The notes under the pieces are model-generated. The model saw nothing but the letters and a program-made list of their open reading frames with translations. It did no database searches and was not told where the DNA came from. From an uncultured Gammaproteobacteria bacterium (GTDB lineage Bacteria > Patescibacteriota > Patescibacteriia > Magasanikbacterales > UBA922): a stretch of 47,712 bases of DNA. Made by a program: the position numbers and the translations under genes. Of this stretch, positions 9,501-15,594 are shown in pieces. Positions within the stretch are counted from its first letter, which is position 1, and every line of letters begins with the position of its first letter. Where the stretch lies: the NCBI GenBank assembly GCA_964418775.1, contig CAYQNA010000006.1, positions 1 through 47,712 of the forward strand, given 5' to 3'.

Positions 9501-11149
9501 GCTGCACCAGTAGTTAAACGAATTGCGTTAGTAGCTGCAATTCCATCTGGTACTTTAATAACCGCCCAGGTAGGACTCCAGGACAAAACACCACCGGTAC
9601 AGGCCACAATCCCAGCCTCTTTCCAAGCATTATTAACCAAAAATTCGACTTTACCCGGCACTGTACCAAAACCAACACCCGAAACAGTAATCCAACTCCC
9701 CTCAGCCCCATCCATTGGGTCAACGGCACGGATCTGAGGTGCAGCCGAACATTTATTATCAATACACTTGTTACCTGGCGCGCACTGGTTATCGGCCGTA
9801 CAAGAACCACCCGGGCCCACGCCACAACTACCGCCAGCGTCCACACTAGTTTCATCGCCATCTTGCACCCCATTATTACATGACGCTGCATACACGCGGA
9901 ACGTCAAAGTCGCAGTAGTCTTGTTGGTGGCAATATCAGTACCCGTGAATGTCGCACGATATTGTTTAAGCGCAGAAAATTTCGTGGCATCGATTGCGGT
10001 TTTGTACGTGGCCACAAAATCAGGCGATGAACCGACGCGTTGTGCTGGCGCCTGATAAGTTTCGGAAATCACCTGGTTACTACCAACCTCAGCAATCGCA
10101 ATTTTCACCAAACCAGTACCACCATATGGCGGGGTTTGGCCGCGATCGCGCACAGTTACGTTAAATGTGGCTGTTTGACCAATATAAATTGGCAGATCAG
10201 TACCGCCGGCACCATTTAAAGTTACCGATTCAAGGCGCGGCGCAGCCTCGTCATAAAAAGCACGGTCAACGCTAAAGTCAGCTGTCAATGGATATGTAAT
10301 ATTGCCGGCACGATAATTTGCTTCGAGCGCACCATTGTTAGTGTCTTTAATGTCTGGCGAAACAGTGATGGTATAATCACCCGGCTCAATTGTACCAGGT
10401 GGTAACTCTGGTTGAATATGCAATTCAAGGACGCGACCGTTTTCAACCAATTCGTTACGGGATTCTACCACGGCACCACCTTTTTTGTTCAAACGGACTG
10501 CTTGTGCAATGTTTGTGTTACTCGCAAGCGAATGACTGAATAGCACCCGAATGCGCGGCGCATTCATACCCGTTTTGTCCGAAGCATCAATCGTACTTGG
10601 GGTAATACTTTTTACGTAAAAAGCCGCGTCAACACAGGCTGAGTATGTTGGGTTAAGTGAACAAAAATTCGAACACTGACTAGGGTTATAATTTGGCGAA
10701 CTTGGATCACAGGCACTGCCCGGCACTGGACCGCCACTACTCAAGTCAACGGTACCCGAGCCAGTGGCTTCGGATAATTTCTTGAGCACAAATGTTGTAA
10801 TCCCCCATGATGAGAGGATAATTACCAGACCAATTACACCGTTTACCAAAATTTTGCGGGCAGTCGCCACTTTATCCTCGTTTCCACCCGCAGTCATGTA
10901 CACAAAACCACCGTACAGCACAATGCCAAGCGCAATTACCCCCAAAACACTGAGCCCAACCTGGATGAACTTAGCCACCGTTACGCGCAAATCGCTATTG
11001 CCTAGGGCAATTTCGCTATTAACCGGATTCAAACCAAACGTATCCGTGCCAGTGGCCGCAAAACTAATTGTTGGCGCCAGAATTAAAGCCAAGGCAGCCA
11101 AACTAGCACAAACAACGAGCGACTTTGCCAAAAAACGGTGAAAACGCAT
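563..11149 (-). CDS. Giant (~3,528 aa) secreted/membrane-anchored adhesin-like protein: signal peptide, VirB2/TrbC-like pilin module, Ig-like, IPT/TIG and Cys-rich repeat domains
   Basis: Uninterrupted 10.6-kb ORF (track 563..11164, which begins at a TTG). The ATG at 11149 gives MRFHRFLAKSLVVCASLAALALILAPTISFA, a typical signal peptide. Domain motifs are listed in the sub-features below. Confidence 0.9.
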   Translation of the reverse strand: MRFHRFLAKSLVVCASLAALALILAPTISFAATGTDTFGLNPVNSEIALGNSDLRVTVAKFIQVGLSVLGVIALGIVLYGGFVYMTAGGNEDKVATARKILVNGVIGLVIILSSWGITTFVLKKLSEATGSGTVDLSSGGPVPGSACDPSSPNYNPSQCSNFCSLNPTYSACVDAAFYVKSITPSTIDASDKTGMNAPRIRVLFSHSLASNTNIAQAVRLNKKGGAVVESRNELVENGRVLELHIQPELPPGTIEPGDYTITVSPDIKDTNNGALEANYRAGNITYPLTADFSVDRAFYDEAAPRLESVTLNGAGGTDLPIYIGQTATFNVTVRDRGQTPPYGGTGLVKIAIAEVGSNQVISETYQAPAQRVGSSPDFVATYKTAIDATKFSALKQYRATFTGTDIATNKTTATLTFRVYAASCNNGVQDGDETSVDAGGSCGVGPGGSCTADNQCAPGNKCIDNKCSAAPQIRAVDPMDGAEGSWITVSGVGFGTVPGKVEFLVNNAWKEAGIVACTGGVLSWSPTWAVIKVPDGIAATNAIRLTTGAAGSAPQSDRSDDEYGPKPGGDGLFRKSNVTRPALCGVSVTDNATITVGSNSIQVIKGARKAPVTTPVTIGGTNLGSNGTIAFGPASAQGTNWIDVSINTRVPLNLQPGVVPVSVTVDGKTSNAVPFTVQSATDGQQNPVISAIDPASVTPRSYITIKGSGFSTQGTVFIASSAEKVQTCITQGSDPSCRSLNVSTFPAACGTTWNPNQVIAEIPDGTPAGDYFVLLRNGDQQRTDGQARLQIVNGAPLPSICAINPAQGPAPLGKESTGLRLVGVNFSDTPVVYFWQKNSSATDLNTWLHSDVHTLNGTSVIKSSNDGEINTLIPVTGSGQTMTSGPIKVRSKTSAFSNGVTYTVNDCRQSPGITGYQCCTVGPDAGVFKPSNMQCSGETREAGYVWRFTTGLIPELPRVAEQCNEVNWNSPGAAIDFPSPTPWEKTTRGRSACTNASIAVKFTSPMDASTISPTSVKVLKCAQASNGNPDCSKATEDTDLVLGLQNQLDSAVLIIRTSGQGLMQANTWYRVQLSDKIQSLQYKQVLNETKAQRFPLQKTRPCGDGTAYCFDFKTSDNTCKLSGANILPITNTVNYLGMLQSPSFPFEANGDPMAPTHPLYYYLWGKTDQECSVMSADGMGWKWAAEPTAKAGVIMAPGVEYGLTYTDSRAKVIAKEQTVPDKAIISATSQSNKAGANNGFIDIWAAFNAKKDYSVVGSTGVSLATTQLPLLNFNQPFTLELNYRIVDAKLGKPDALIKNLLRKKNAYAFYYTAGSSAETFGLCLGLLSGDTIGDNVCSRMHVPSVTGEQRSVLTYDGKTIVWYRADGSVAATKDMVFPQSLDFLKITTDAQKDVQHVWNTFAIKAGAMSDTQVRDYLGLNAEANYVATSSLFINLLDPAVVEAGPSCAESCVNTNLWATFNRQMATSTFGATNAWIVKECVASADGACNDSSAVTITDWFAVDTDVSTPSHLELMLRQGRLLKPNTYYKVTLGGGIKALDALQPPKLGKSLAEYTWTFRTQNNPAPCAPGSVRVTPQPFTATAVGQRTIYTAQPYSSPNACSQTGQPLSKWAYGYEWKTLDTQVASVSNVTTGYGVKPFCSLTCLPTGSTTNKKDQALCGNAKIDTGEDCDIADEGSKAQCALNCVYNEAKRKTLGHTGSAPIAAFDSSKPGQSYCGDGQVTKGETCDIKNDAGCTSQCLRAGTSLAATWCAAHTNDSAETKATCLNSIAVCGNNVIENGEMCEPGLNGADSKTCNPNTCLWQNTCGTPVQQCDPKTQEGCTSSCTLAGSSPAYSAKSLCGDGKVGTGEFQGCENVTNGTGLAAGPTQIVEAVGQGTVSASSTFQETDVEAKLLVTTTVKGVGDYRLQCGYQEFLAPVSGMFNDCPQNGSAESNEYGVNSGSCCALRAKRSSEYPLDGTGLANSEPACRNTYIEAVFPRRIRQDSLKDNVVLVRGYTNDTTTCPQGTLNVTSDMQRFVATSAGDTPPVGFWEGLWKNIKSFFHNLFGRDGAVATDYKNTISGFSLWCTAGVALSPTTAYAGAGANATSTVSLAIDKALDANATYGVWVRGGKNGVADSTGVSVGSPDSHPATPDDIWFFRTGAELCRLSEVAVLPTSHTFSRPNTSTAFIAIGRTPNNQQIVPTPAYDWVWSWKPIGTPVFDIPDVTTQDNSISSKDVQGQITAVAQASVTRDLSETNNQQGQVFGAPFELVAFFCERPWPAAGSNPFRDKDFNFAMMYCADAGKTGVDTDDLPYFNAPSVYTATSTPPVPLDTLKKYLFFNNQNDDVIGIQVFRNDADANGAVKSLTQWYQEKFQSLGSMKPVTVSGYEALSDGTNYYISALNYTGANVYQNIYLFSINANPQVASRTVFEKLLASLRFNTNLTDYGYCLSDKAGLSVRSADVNKITSVPCTTDLQCVTATGQAMSGTNGICSNAKTKFFRDWQRLHDVQLAQDSLDAYYATVDKVLNFKADLKSGTFIPGYTSSRWPSWGTLGGLVGGLPVDPINNWVGCDSTDGQTCWNATTNEFSCPKVSRVYEYEYVSSTGKYLFHAPLEFFNTSDTATNQFIDVSKFSSSPWQQCVNNAKVSPFSAKCGDGAVGPGEQCDPPGTSVVVSCSPNETKTRTCSASCQWTDSACVAAGQCGNGKVEGGEKCDEGSVNGQDGHCNKQCSGYSAIACGNGTLEKPAEYCEKVPDVHVAASFDGSKYRFKYGTDSSISNINNFLVLKGNPDVLRIVAANKYCSKDSTLLCETNSDCVAPQSSQLWDLGTNLSDAVVYAPTDLGSCVAKPGLIGTSYNLNKDFSCAYDCKATGGFCGDKLVQTESGEQCDDGNTADDDNCSSLCQREDAKMCALGKPKTVAGTAVKPGATKETPYVDVFVMENSQPVNASCVGTSAIPDDICRAMKVKIPGAVFDESNCLRIDVESKNGTMISSCTGSQDSKTMAQHFAEQKSALGSLFTGLRVRCDGAISSESSSAPVGQCGNSKKDVGEACDLGSANGKPCTPGYGVSCQYCSNDCKNVLTVDTANFCGNSKIDEGSPEVCETVGGVAKVPFASLNGTVDLRTKSCESTQRGAYQCSTDCRVLTDSCVSCGKFEGKPVPRISVVNPMVGPDASWPFTKDNYDKEGFMVSTFASVGSQKYKYLGYSKIHDFVRVSTGPATFTVEGGKTPLLYKSLWYDNLERADLINGLETNPQCTADYNLFFNHRGLKNATSPFGNWAGDGSLETDLTNHPEMGDVFSFPVSGQVGQVDTQLIYSPAVPPNTYRVVIRWTEAEQKAGLSFAGGVYNANTATNNFYLDSYNQNGNNVWCNAMNTTTISGAPYWWPTGMGKSSCNPVSGVYMHQATGLDKTFVQAMTINTAQLGSSNSHKAVAFYVKGLQQTIANAATRNITVEVYNYHDGQSSLYSVYKPMPLPPYDNQNPKFAFTIKGAGGSSANPLAPYWHVFNFVYQGNGQYKIAPVGNGNGSIETDLCRVKANMPGVAPCEVTN
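1900..2089 (-). repeat. Cys-rich repeat cluster D in the giant protein (2 copies)
   Basis: CGNSKKDVGEACD... and CGNSKIDEGSPEVCE. The TGT of the first Cys was mapped to 2089-2087. Confidence 0.7.
2497..2587 (-). repeat. Cys-rich repeat C in the giant protein (1 copy)
   Basis: CGDKLVQTESGEQCDDGNTADDDNCSSLCQ. The first Cys codon is at 2587-2585. This copy is closest to the myxococcal cysteine-rich repeat consensus CGNG..E.GE.CDDGN. Confidence 0.7.
2953..3250 (-). repeat. Cys-rich repeat cluster B in the giant protein (3 copies)
   Basis: CGDGAVGPGEQCD, CGNGKVEGGEKCDEG and CGNGTLEKPAEYCE. Cys codons were mapped at 3250-3248 and 3103-3101. Confidence 0.7.
5575..6175 (-). repeat. Cys-rich repeat cluster A in the giant protein (4 copies within ~200 aa)
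   Basis: CGNAKIDTGEDCD, CGDGQVTKGETCD, CGNNVIENGEMCE and CGDGKVGTGEFQGCE. The first Cys codon is at 6175-6173. Confidence 0.7.
8435..9739 (-). repeat. Array of four IPT/TIG-like Ig-fold domains in the giant protein
   Basis: Four modules begin PQIRAVDPMDGAEGSWITVSGVGFG, PALCGVSVTDNATITVG..GGTNLG, PVISAIDPASVTPRSYITIKGSGFS and PSICAINPAQGP..LRLVGVNFS. This is the P-x-I-x-x-I/V-x-P ... I-x-G-x-G/N-F signature of IPT/TIG domains. Confidence 0.65.
10769..11044 (-). other. VirB2/TrbC-like (T4SS-type) pilin module at the N-terminus of the giant protein
   Basis: Sequence DTFGLNPVNSEIALGNSDLRVTVAKFIQVGLSVLGVIALGIVLYGGFVYMTAGGNEDKVATARKILVNGVIGLVIILSSWGITTFVLKKLSEA. It has two hydrophobic helices flanking a GGNEDKV loop, and 58/93 residues are identical to the module of the neighbouring 714-aa protein (hand count). 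Confidence 0.6.
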
Positions 11150-11168
11150 ACAAGCAGTAAGCAATTAC

Positions 11169-13313
11169 TTATTTGGGGGTTTGGGGACTAACACCTGGTG
11201 TCCGCAACTGACCAAGGCAACTTTCCACGGTATCCTGCGCCACAGGCACAGCTCCATTGGCAGTTACACATGCAGTATCGCGATCAGCGGACAATTGTAA
11301 TGGGGCGCAATTACTCGTACTAATAATCGTACCATCCGCATCGTACCCAATCGTACACACTGGTGACGGGCCGGCGTTTTTCGTTGGACTAACTGGACCA
11401 AACCCTGGATACAGACAATTTTGATTATCACTCATGGCTGAGCTGGAAACTGAGGTAAAGTAATACAAATCCAAGCCATTGGCACCGAGTTCTCGTGTAC
11501 CTTTGGTTAGAAGCTTTGTGCCACCATTCAAGCTCGAAATTGCCGCACTACTGAAACCGATTTTATCCATTGGTTGACCATCAGCGCCCTTACTACCCGC
11601 AGGATATTCTTCGAGTTTAATACCGCCGCCAGCCAAACTAGCCAGCCACATCTTGCGACTAAACTCAGTCTGAATACCCACATCACGCGCCACACCTTCG
11701 TTATCAATACCCGGTGTTACTTGGCGAATGTAGGGTGCCTCGCGATCCACAAAATTGCGAACCACAAAATCCATCCAGAAGTTATCTGGATTACGTTCTT
11801 CGTCACCAACGGTTTTAAGGTTGTTTGGTTGTGTTGGTTGGTGGCGCCATTTTGCACCGAGTTGTGATTCTAATTTACCATCACCCTTGCCTTCACTGCT
11901 ACTATCGAGTGCATTGCCAGCCATGTCCATGACACCGCTGAATGGTCGGGCAATGAAATTGCTCTGAGCATTATCGAGGAGTGCGGCAGTGCGCACCAAA
12001 GCTGTAAGTGGACGAGCGCACGAAGTATCACCTTCTGGGCAGTCAACCGGCAAACAATACATTGGCTGACCACATGTATTTACGCCACAAGGAATGTCTG
12101 GTACAAATTCAATTGTGCGGTAGCCGTTTGTAATTTTCCACTGTCCGCTAACTCTAATATCGTCAAAAATAACGTGTGTAAATAAACTAGACTTATTTAA
12201 CACACCCTGAACAACCGTTGGGTCAACTGCTTCAGTAAATGAAATCTGAATAATTTTATTGCGTGGGATTGTTTGACCAGGCAATGGCGAGGTCAGACTT
12301 AAATCAACCGATGGTGGCGTGTAGTCAATCGTGGTATTGGTTTCAAATTCCCACACATAGCGCTTGTAATACAGCGCGTCAAATGCACCCTTGCCATCAG
12401 CTTTTTTAATGCCTGACAAAAGTTCAACGGTGTGCCACACATTAGCGGCGCTGTCACCCAAATTTTCTACTGGTTTAAATACGAACAAACGTGCAGTGCC
12501 ATCGGCTTCATAATTAGCCATGGCCGCGGCAGCATACAGTGGAACTGGGTTAGCCGCTTTATTGGCGCTTTGAAAAATGCGAACGGACGAAGTCGCCAAC
12601 TGGTCGCACTCACTAGCCCAGTCAAGTGCTTTATCACCATTCAAATCAACACAATCACCATAATACGGCTTGGCATTGGCTTGCGAACAGGCAGCAACGG
12701 TACCACTACCATCAGCGGCCCAGCAGGTACCGTTGGTATTTTTGATTAAACTGCTTGGGTCAATCGGTTCGGCAAATGTCACGGCAATCTTGGTGTTGCG
12801 TGGTACATCGCGCTGTTTAACGGTTGGATAATGGTCGCGCACGACATCACCAAGCGCACCCGTGCCCGAAAAAGTATTAAAATCTGGCGCTCCCCCACCC
12901 AGTTGTTCATTGCCTGGGTTAATTGCTTCTTGCAACTTGCCTAATACAAATTGCACAATGCCAAATGAAGCCAAAATAATAGTGAGCCCAATGACTGAAT
13001 TTGTTAAAATCTTTTTGCCTTCGGCAACTTTGTCCTCGTTCCCCTGCGAGGTCATGATTGTAAAACCAGCGTATAAAATGAGCCCGAGCGAAATTACACC
13101 AAGCAATCCGAGCACAGCCCGGATAACTTTGGCCACAATGATACGAATATCATCGTTTGCCAAGGCAATAGTATTATCAATTGGGTTTAAGCCAAAGGTG
13201 TCGGCCTGAGCACCGGCTTGTTGAACCCCAAATAAAAACACAAAAACTGTCGCGGCCAAGAATGTGGCAGCCACAGTTCTGTGTAAACGATGAGACCGAA
13301 TCCAAGGAAGCAT
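11169..13313 (-). CDS. 714-aa secreted/membrane-anchored protein: signal peptide, VirB2/TrbC-like pilin module and SbsA/Big_5-like Ig domains (paralogous N-terminus to the giant protein)
   Basis: ATG at 13313. Signal peptide MLPWIRSHRLHRTVAATFLAATVFVFLFGVQQAGAQA. Repeated motifs resemble SbsA-type Ig domains (PRNTKIAVTFAEPIDPSSL, PRNKIIQISFTEAVDPTVV, VARDVGIQTEFSRKMW). Confidence 0.85.
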   Translation of the reverse strand: MLPWIRSHRLHRTVAATFLAATVFVFLFGVQQAGAQADTFGLNPIDNTIALANDDIRIIVAKVIRAVLGLLGVISLGLILYAGFTIMTSQGNEDKVAEGKKILTNSVIGLTIILASFGIVQFVLGKLQEAINPGNEQLGGGAPDFNTFSGTGALGDVVRDHYPTVKQRDVPRNTKIAVTFAEPIDPSSLIKNTNGTCWAADGSGTVAACSQANAKPYYGDCVDLNGDKALDWASECDQLATSSVRIFQSANKAANPVPLYAAAAMANYEADGTARLFVFKPVENLGDSAANVWHTVELLSGIKKADGKGAFDALYYKRYVWEFETNTTIDYTPPSVDLSLTSPLPGQTIPRNKIIQISFTEAVDPTVVQGVLNKSSLFTHVIFDDIRVSGQWKITNGYRTIEFVPDIPCGVNTCGQPMYCLPVDCPEGDTSCARPLTALVRTAALLDNAQSNFIARPFSGVMDMAGNALDSSSEGKGDGKLESQLGAKWRHQPTQPNNLKTVGDEERNPDNFWMDFVVRNFVDREAPYIRQVTPGIDNEGVARDVGIQTEFSRKMWLASLAGGGIKLEEYPAGSKGADGQPMDKIGFSSAAISSLNGGTKLLTKGTRELGANGLDLYYFTSVSSSAMSDNQNCLYPGFGPVSPTKNAGPSPVCTIGYDADGTIISTSNCAPLQLSADRDTACVTANGAVPVAQDTVESCLGQLRTPGVSPQTPK
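12924..13208 (-). other. VirB2/TrbC-like pilin module at the N-terminus of the 714-aa protein
   Basis: Sequence DTFGLNPIDNTIALANDDIRIIVAKVIRAVLGLLGVISLGLILYAGFTIMTSQGNEDKVAEGKKILTNSVIGLTIILASFGIVQFVLGKLQEA. Confidence 0.6.
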
Positions 13314-13341
13314 GGGACCGAGGATTCAAAAGTTAAATTGA

Positions 13342-13779
13342 CTAAGTAAGTCGTTTGCTTAGCAAATCGCGCACCTGCGCGCCATCGGCCCGCCCTTTGA
13401 CTTTGGCCATAACCTGTCCGGTTAATTGACCAAGGTTTGGGTTTGGACCAGTCTGACTTAACACCTCATCCACAATTGCCGATAGTTCGGCTTCACTTAA
13501 AGCCTGGGGCAAATATGCTTCCAGTACTTTAATTTCCTGTTCGGTTTTACTACTCAAATCCGTGCGCCCGGCCCGGACAAAGTCCTGGTTAGCATCACGA
13601 AGTTGCTTGACCTGACGCCGAATGATTTGTTCACCATCGGCATCAGTCATTTCACGGCCCAGTGTGATGCGTTCGTTTTTGAGCGCAGCTAGTACCAATT
13701 GCAGGGTACCAAGCGTGGCTTCGTCGTGGTTACGACGAGCAGCTTGCTGGTCAGCCGTTAATTTTTCAAGCAAGGTCAT
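13342..13779 (-). CDS. yqeY: GatB/YqeY domain protein
   Basis: 145 aa. It is collinear with the YqeY family (LLAALKNERI, AGRTDL, EIKVLEAYLP, KVKGRADG). Confidence 0.8.
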   Translation of the reverse strand: MTLLEKLTADQQAARRNHDEATLGTLQLVLAALKNERITLGREMTDADGEQIIRRQVKQLRDANQDFVRAGRTDLSSKTEQEIKVLEAYLPQALSEAELSAIVDEVLSQTGPNPNLGQLTGQVMAKVKGRADGAQVRDLLSKRLT

Positions 13780-13783
13780 AGGC

Positions 13784-14035
13784 TTAGCGGCGAGTGCGGC
13801 TTAGCTTTACTTTTTCTTCTGCAGACAAACGACCGGTTTTCTTGCGGTGGTCGAACTGCGCTCTCATCTTAAGACGAGAGACCGTAGAAGTACGGCGGCG
13901 GTTCTTGCTCGGCTTGGAGGCAAAGACTTGGCCTTTGCGAACTTCCAAAATCCGGCCTGATTTCTGCCAATTTTGTTTGACACGGCGCAAAAACGATTCA
14001 AAAGATTCGTTGCGCTTACGTTTAATTTCTGACAC
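13784..14035 (-). CDS. rpsU: 30S ribosomal protein S21
   Basis: 83 aa, basic, with S21-like NESFESFLRRVKQNWQKSGRILEVRK. GTG start preceded by GGGAGGTGA 6 nt upstream. Confidence 0.8.
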   Translation of the reverse strand: MSEIKRKRNESFESFLRRVKQNWQKSGRILEVRKGQVFASKPSKNRRRTSTVSRLKMRAQFDHRKKTGRLSAEEKVKLSRTRR

Positions 14036-14107
14036 AAAATTTCACCTCCCGAATAGTTTTATAAGTAATCGTCAGCACCCTATTCGAGGCAATGCTTACG
14101 TGGCTGG

Positions 14108-14136
14108 AGTATACACACTTTTTGGCCAAACGTCAA
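14108..14136 (-). promoter_or_regulatory. Putative sigma-70-type promoter upstream of rpsU (TTGACG-N17-TATACT)
   Basis: On the minus strand the -35 is at 14136-14131 and the -10 at 14113-14108, with an exactly 17-nt spacer. It lies just downstream of the hisS stop. Confidence 0.5.
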
Positions 14137-14146
14137 ATAATTTTGG

Positions 14147-15580
14147 CTAGGTAGCGGATTCATTGTCCAAAATGCGGCGGAGGGCAGTTTTGATTTTTTT
14201 CTGGTCCACAATTTCCTGGATACCCGACTCCATGTTGCGGATCAAAACCGTGCCGTCCTGGACCTCTTTTTGGCCCAAAATCAAGGTGTGAGTAGCGCCG
14301 TATTTATTGGCCAGTTCAAGCTGAGCTTTGAGCGAAGATTTGGCCAGGTTATGAAAAACCGTAATCCCCTCACGACGCATTTCTTCTACCAAGAAGAGGG
14401 CGCGGCGGCGGGCCTGTTCGCCAAGCTGAGCAAAGAAAACACTATTGCCTTTTTTAGCACCTTCCACCACTGGCTTGCGCTCAACGGCAAGCATAAGACG
14501 TTCAGCACCCAACGCAAACCCAGCAGCTGGAGTTGGTTGACCACCAAGCTGCTCAATAAGCAAATCATAGCGACCTCCGCCACCCAGCGCCATTTGTGCA
14601 GTTTCAGTAGCAATATTTTCTTCGTACAATTCAAATACCGTGTGAGTATAATAATCCAAACCACGCACGAGTGTTGGCGTGAGCACGTATGGAATACTCA
14701 TTTCATCGAGGTATTCGAGCACACTCATGAAGAATGATTTGGATTCTTCGGACAACCAGTCAACAATTTGTGGAGCCTCGGCAAGCACAGTAACACAACC
14801 TTCGACTTTACAATCAAGCACGCGCATTGGGTTTTTTACCAAACGCTTTTTGCAATCCTCACACAAATACGCGCGTTTGGTGCGGAGGTAGCCGACCAAT
14901 TCAACCAAATAGTTTTCGCGATCAGCCGGTGTGCCCAAACTGTTCACACGAACAACAACATCAAGGCCGAGGTCACGGCAGAAGTTATACGCCACAGCAA
15001 TTAATTCCGCATCAATCACGGGCGCTTTTTCACCAAGTGTTTCAAAATCAAACTGGTGGAACTGGCGCTGGCGACCAGCCTGTGGACGATCATAACGGAA
15101 AAGCGGGCCAAAGTTCCACAACTTTACTGGCTGTGGCAACTGTTGCAAACCATGCATGATATAGGCACGGGCCACTGACGCAGTCATTTCGGGACGGAGC
15201 GCCAACTTACCACCGTCGCGGTCTTCGAACACATACATTTCTTTATCAACCACATCGGTCCCGCGACCAACAGCGCGCACAAAGAGTGACGAAGCTTCGA
15301 CAATCGGCGTACCAAAATAATCAAAGCCGTACGCATCGGACAGATTCTGCGCAATGCGCTGAGCCTGCTGCCACAACTTGCTTTGTGGTGGCAAAATATC
15401 TTTCATGCCGCGCACAAGCATCAAACTGCCCGCGGCTTTTTTGTTTTCAGCCTCGTCTTTTTTTTCTTTCTTTTCCTTAACCTCTTTTGGTGCTGGTGTT
15501 GATTTAGCAACCGGTTTTTTAACTGGTTTAGGGGCCGGTTTTGCGGCTGGTTTTTTCTTTACGTCTTTTTTAGTAGCCAT
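14147..15580 (-). CDS. hisS: Histidine--tRNA ligase with a ~55-aa Lys/Ala/Pro-rich N-terminal extension
   Basis: Class II aaRS/HisRS motifs are present (LVRGMKDILP, LRPEMTASVARA, GPLFRYDRPQAGRQRQFHQFDFE, GGGGRYD), followed by an anticodon-binding domain. The ATG at 15580 (MATKKDVKKKPAAKP...) is preferred to the track start at 15658. Confidence 0.9.
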   Translation of the reverse strand: MATKKDVKKKPAAKPAPKPVKKPVAKSTPAPKEVKEKKEKKDEAENKKAAGSLMLVRGMKDILPPQSKLWQQAQRIAQNLSDAYGFDYFGTPIVEASSLFVRAVGRGTDVVDKEMYVFEDRDGGKLALRPEMTASVARAYIMHGLQQLPQPVKLWNFGPLFRYDRPQAGRQRQFHQFDFETLGEKAPVIDAELIAVAYNFCRDLGLDVVVRVNSLGTPADRENYLVELVGYLRTKRAYLCEDCKKRLVKNPMRVLDCKVEGCVTVLAEAPQIVDWLSEESKSFFMSVLEYLDEMSIPYVLTPTLVRGLDYYTHTVFELYEENIATETAQMALGGGGRYDLLIEQLGGQPTPAAGFALGAERLMLAVERKPVVEGAKKGNSVFFAQLGEQARRRALFLVEEMRREGITVFHNLAKSSLKAQLELANKYGATHTLILGQKEVQDGTVLIRNMESGIQEIVDQKKIKTALRRILDNESAT

Positions 15581-15594
15581 ATAAGGATGAGAAA

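Noticed and set aside
202-11141. Dozens of 60-200-aa ORFs in other frames or on the plus strand inside the giant and 714-aa genes (for example 335..931, 3090..3584, 10764..11141, 12862..13209).
   Set aside because: All are nested within or antisense to long ORFs that have clear domain content. Their translations are low-complexity with no recognisable motifs, so they are frame-shadow artefacts.
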